DNA from: an uncultured virus (IMG/VR IMGVR_UViG_3300042326_001281)
Lineage: Duplodnaviria; Heunggongvirae; Uroviricota; Caudoviricetes
Direction: 5' to 3' (one strand)
IMG/VR virus record: IMGVR_UViG_3300042326_001281
DNA: 20,000 bases
Made by a program: the position numbers and the translations under genes. Under the pieces are notes generated by a model that was not told where the DNA came from, did not search any database, and worked only from the letters and a program-made list of their open reading frames with translations. How positions within the stretch are numbered: the stretch's first letter is position 1; each line of letters begins with the position of its first letter. Shown one piece after another: positions 17,581-20,000 of the stretch.

Positions 17581-18434
17581 TGATTGATAGGATTGTTTTC
17601 TTTAATAATTTTCATAATGGTGATGTATTTTTCTCTAAACCATATGTTAAACATCTATCTGAAATTTTAGAATATAACGACTATTCATATGCTCATAATA
17701 ATGATCATAAAATAGTAAAAGATTTAAATATGAATCATTTTTTAATAGGACATAGATTTCAACAAGATCGCACATTTAGTTATGAAGATAAATTATACAT
17801 AAATACCTGGATCGGAAACTACTTATCAAATGGTAGAAACTGCAACTGGATTTCATTACATGAAATGTACGAAGAGGTGTACAACTATTTACAGGAACTC
17901 TTAGATAAAGAAGTTAAGATATTAGATAGAGAATTTTATCAAACATTTATAGACTTCTCTGTATTTGATGTACCGCTGGACTTTGAGTGTGACTATGAAA
18001 ATACAATAATGTTTTCCAACGGTCCTGTTTTATCTGGTCAATCTTCAATACTAAATACATCCAATATAGTAAAACTCTTATGCGACAGATTTCCAGATAA
18101 AAAAATTATACTTACACACCAGTCAGATATAGAAAATGATAATATCGTATATACAAGAGATATTATTAACACAGCGGGTTCAGATCTTAATGAAATATCT
18201 TGGCTTTCTACAAAATGTAAGTATATAATTGGTAGACAGTCAGGTCCATTTAGTTTTATGCAGATTAATGAAAACCTGAATGATAAGAATAAAGTGATGA
18301 TAAGCATGTCTAACTCAGAGGCAGTAGACTGGTTGTATAATATTAAAGTTCCATGCAAATATATAAACCTTTTAGATCAGGATGAAGATGCTTTGATAGA
18401 AAATATTTATCAAGAATTGGTAGGAACATGTTAA
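17580..18434 (+). CDS. Putative glycosyltransferase (GT9-like, divergent)
   Basis: N-terminal 'HNGDVFF' and C-terminal 'LNEISWLSTKCKYIIGRQSGP' resemble GT9 GD / IGxDSGP motifs. Confidence 0.5.
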   Translation: MIDRIVFFNNFHNGDVFFSKPYVKHLSEILEYNDYSYAHNNDHKIVKDLNMNHFLIGHRFQQDRTFSYEDKLYINTWIGNYLSNGRNCNWISLHEMYEEVYNYLQELLDKEVKILDREFYQTFIDFSVFDVPLDFECDYENTIMFSNGPVLSGQSSILNTSNIVKLLCDRFPDKKIILTHQSDIENDNIVYTRDIINTAGSDLNEISWLSTKCKYIIGRQSGPFSFMQINENLNDKNKVMISMSNSEAVDWLYNIKVPCKYINLLDQDEDALIENIYQELVGTC

Positions 18435-19258
18435 AGTATCATATTAAGGGTATGGCTTACGATGAATTCTCTATGACAATATTTTCTCGGATTAATAGAT
18501 TCCCTAAGAATCTTGTGCCCTGCTTTGAAACAAAAGACTCGGATATTGATTTAATATTATGGCTAGATGACGAGATTCTAACGTGTAATGAATACTCTAA
18601 GTATAATTATGCAACCCTAACTGAGTCTGCCGCAATTGTTCCACAGACATATGAAAAATTTGCTAACAATTTTGACTCAATAATTCAGAACTTTAATATG
18701 ATTTTTACTCACAGTAGAGAATTAGTTAATATGCATGAAAAGATAAAGTGGATACCAGCAACTGCAACCTGGATTCAGGAGCCCCGTGTCCGTGAAAAAA
18801 GTAAAAAAATATCTATGATTACTTCTACAAAAAATTGGGCGGTGGGGCACAAAAAAAGAATGGAATTAGCAAGTTCTTTATCTGGCAAGGTAGACTTATA
18901 TGGTCGTGGAATTAATGAAATAGAGTTTAAAGAGCAGGGTCTAGATGACTATATGTTTTCAATCGCTCATGAAAACGCTAACTATCCTGGGTACTTTACT
19001 GAGAAGATTCTAGATTGTTTTTCTACTGGAACGATTCCAGTTTATTGGGGAGACCCCAGTATTGGAGAGGTGTTTAATACGGATGGAATTATTTTATTGG
19101 ACGGCAAGTTTGATCCAGAAGCACTAACGGAAGATATATACTATTCAAAAATGGATGCGATCAAAGAAAACTGTGAGATAGTAAAAAACAACTTTATGAT
19201 GGTAGAAGATTATATTTATGATAATTACTTAAAGGATTTAGATGACGATCTATCATAA
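18428..19258 (+). CDS. GT10-like (alpha-1,3/4-fucosyltransferase-like) glycosyltransferase
   Basis: 'VDLYGRG', 'YMFSIAHEN..YPGYFTEKILDCFSTGTIPVYWG' match the GT10 motif. Confidence 0.8.
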   Translation: MLKYHIKGMAYDEFSMTIFSRINRFPKNLVPCFETKDSDIDLILWLDDEILTCNEYSKYNYATLTESAAIVPQTYEKFANNFDSIIQNFNMIFTHSRELVNMHEKIKWIPATATWIQEPRVREKSKKISMITSTKNWAVGHKKRMELASSLSGKVDLYGRGINEIEFKEQGLDDYMFSIAHENANYPGYFTEKILDCFSTGTIPVYWGDPSIGEVFNTDGIILLDGKFDPEALTEDIYYSKMDAIKENCEIVKNNFMMVEDYIYDNYLKDLDDDLS

Positions 19259-20000
19259 TGAAATTGGAAACCTAGGTAATATAGGAAACCAAATGTTTCA
19301 GTACGCTTCCCTACAAGGAATCGCCTATCACAGGGGCCTTGACTGGAAAATTCCGCCAAAGAATAATTTTGGAAAGAATTATTCTTTATTAAAAAGCAAT
19401 ATATATGACTGTTTTTATTTAGATTTAAATATTGATGAACATATTGGAGTTCTTATTGGAGAGACTAGAGCAGAGTCCAAACACGGATTTGACCAGGATC
19501 TATTTGAGAACTGTCCAGACGATGTAAATATTTCTGGATACTTACAGTCATATAAATATTTTGATGCCATTAAAAATAAAATTAGAAGAGACTTTACTTT
19601 TCTTCCGTCATCGGTAGAGGTTATTCCTCAAAAAAATACTTTGTCTATACATGTACGAAGAACTGACTATTTAAGTTTGTCTCAGTATCACACTAACTTA
19701 ACTAATGAATATTATTCTGCTGCTCTAGATATTATCGGTGACTTTTCTGAGGCCATAGTCTTCTCAGATGATATTGATTGGTGTAAAACTCTTCCGATAT
19801 TTGAGGGATTTACTTTTAGTCTGGGCGATTCATATACCGATTTACAGTTAATGTCTAAGTGCGATAAACATATTATTGCAAACTCATCATTTAGTTGGTG
19901 GGGCGCGTGGCTATCTGGTAGTGATAATGTTGTTGCTCCAAAAGAATGGTTTGGGCCAGCGCTGCCAGACCACGATACTGATGGATACTATCTTCCTTCC
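19242..20000 (+). CDS. GT11 alpha-1,2-fucosyltransferase-like, runs off the window end (absent from ORF track)
   Basis: MTIYHNEIGNLGNIGNQMFQYA..., 'GYLQSYKYF', 'IHVRRTDY', 'VFSDDIDW', 'IIANSSFSWWGAWL'. Confidence 0.9.
   Translation, partial: MTIYHNEIGNLGNIGNQMFQYASLQGIAYHRGLDWKIPPKNNFGKNYSLLKSNIYDCFYLDLNIDEHIGVLIGETRAESKHGFDQDLFENCPDDVNISGYLQSYKYFDAIKNKIRRDFTFLPSSVEVIPQKNTLSIHVRRTDYLSLSQYHTNLTNEYYSAALDIIGDFSEAIVFSDDIDWCKTLPIFEGFTFSLGDSYTDLQLMSKCDKHIIANSSFSWWGAWLSGSDNVVAPKEWFGPALPDHDTDGYYLPS

Overview
A 20 kb segment of a large, AT-rich tailed dsDNA phage. Essentially all credible genes are on the + strand and tightly packed, often with overlapping stop/start codons. WhiB, a DUF732-like lipoprotein and a likely leaderless gene suggest an actinobacterial host (inference). 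Gene order: (1) nuclease/packaging block, 1-5.5 kb: PD-(D/E)xK resolvase-like, Cas4-like exonuclease, RuvC-like, HTH, Nmad1/DUF1599-like, FmdB Zn-ribbon, putative TerS, TerL. (2) RNA-centred/accessory block, 5.5-12.9 kb: SpoU/TrmH RNA methyltransferase, an unannotated ~100 nt structured RNA abutting tRNA-Gln(UUG) and tRNA-Asn(GUU), small proteins, lipoprotein, secreted lysozyme-like protein, glycosyltransferase, HiPIP-like protein, SLOG-like protein, a deaminase lacking an in-frame canonical start, and WhiB. (3) Glycan-biosynthesis operon from 12.9 kb past the window end: sugar O-methyltransferase, gmd, fcl, perosamine synthase-like aminotransferase, acyltransferase, DUF4254-like, GT9-like, GT10-like and GT11 fucosyltransferases. 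The most notable items are the phage-encoded GDP-fucose/GDP-(N-acyl)perosamine glycosylation system and the promoter-linked structured RNAs. All family calls come from motif recognition by eye, not database searches.
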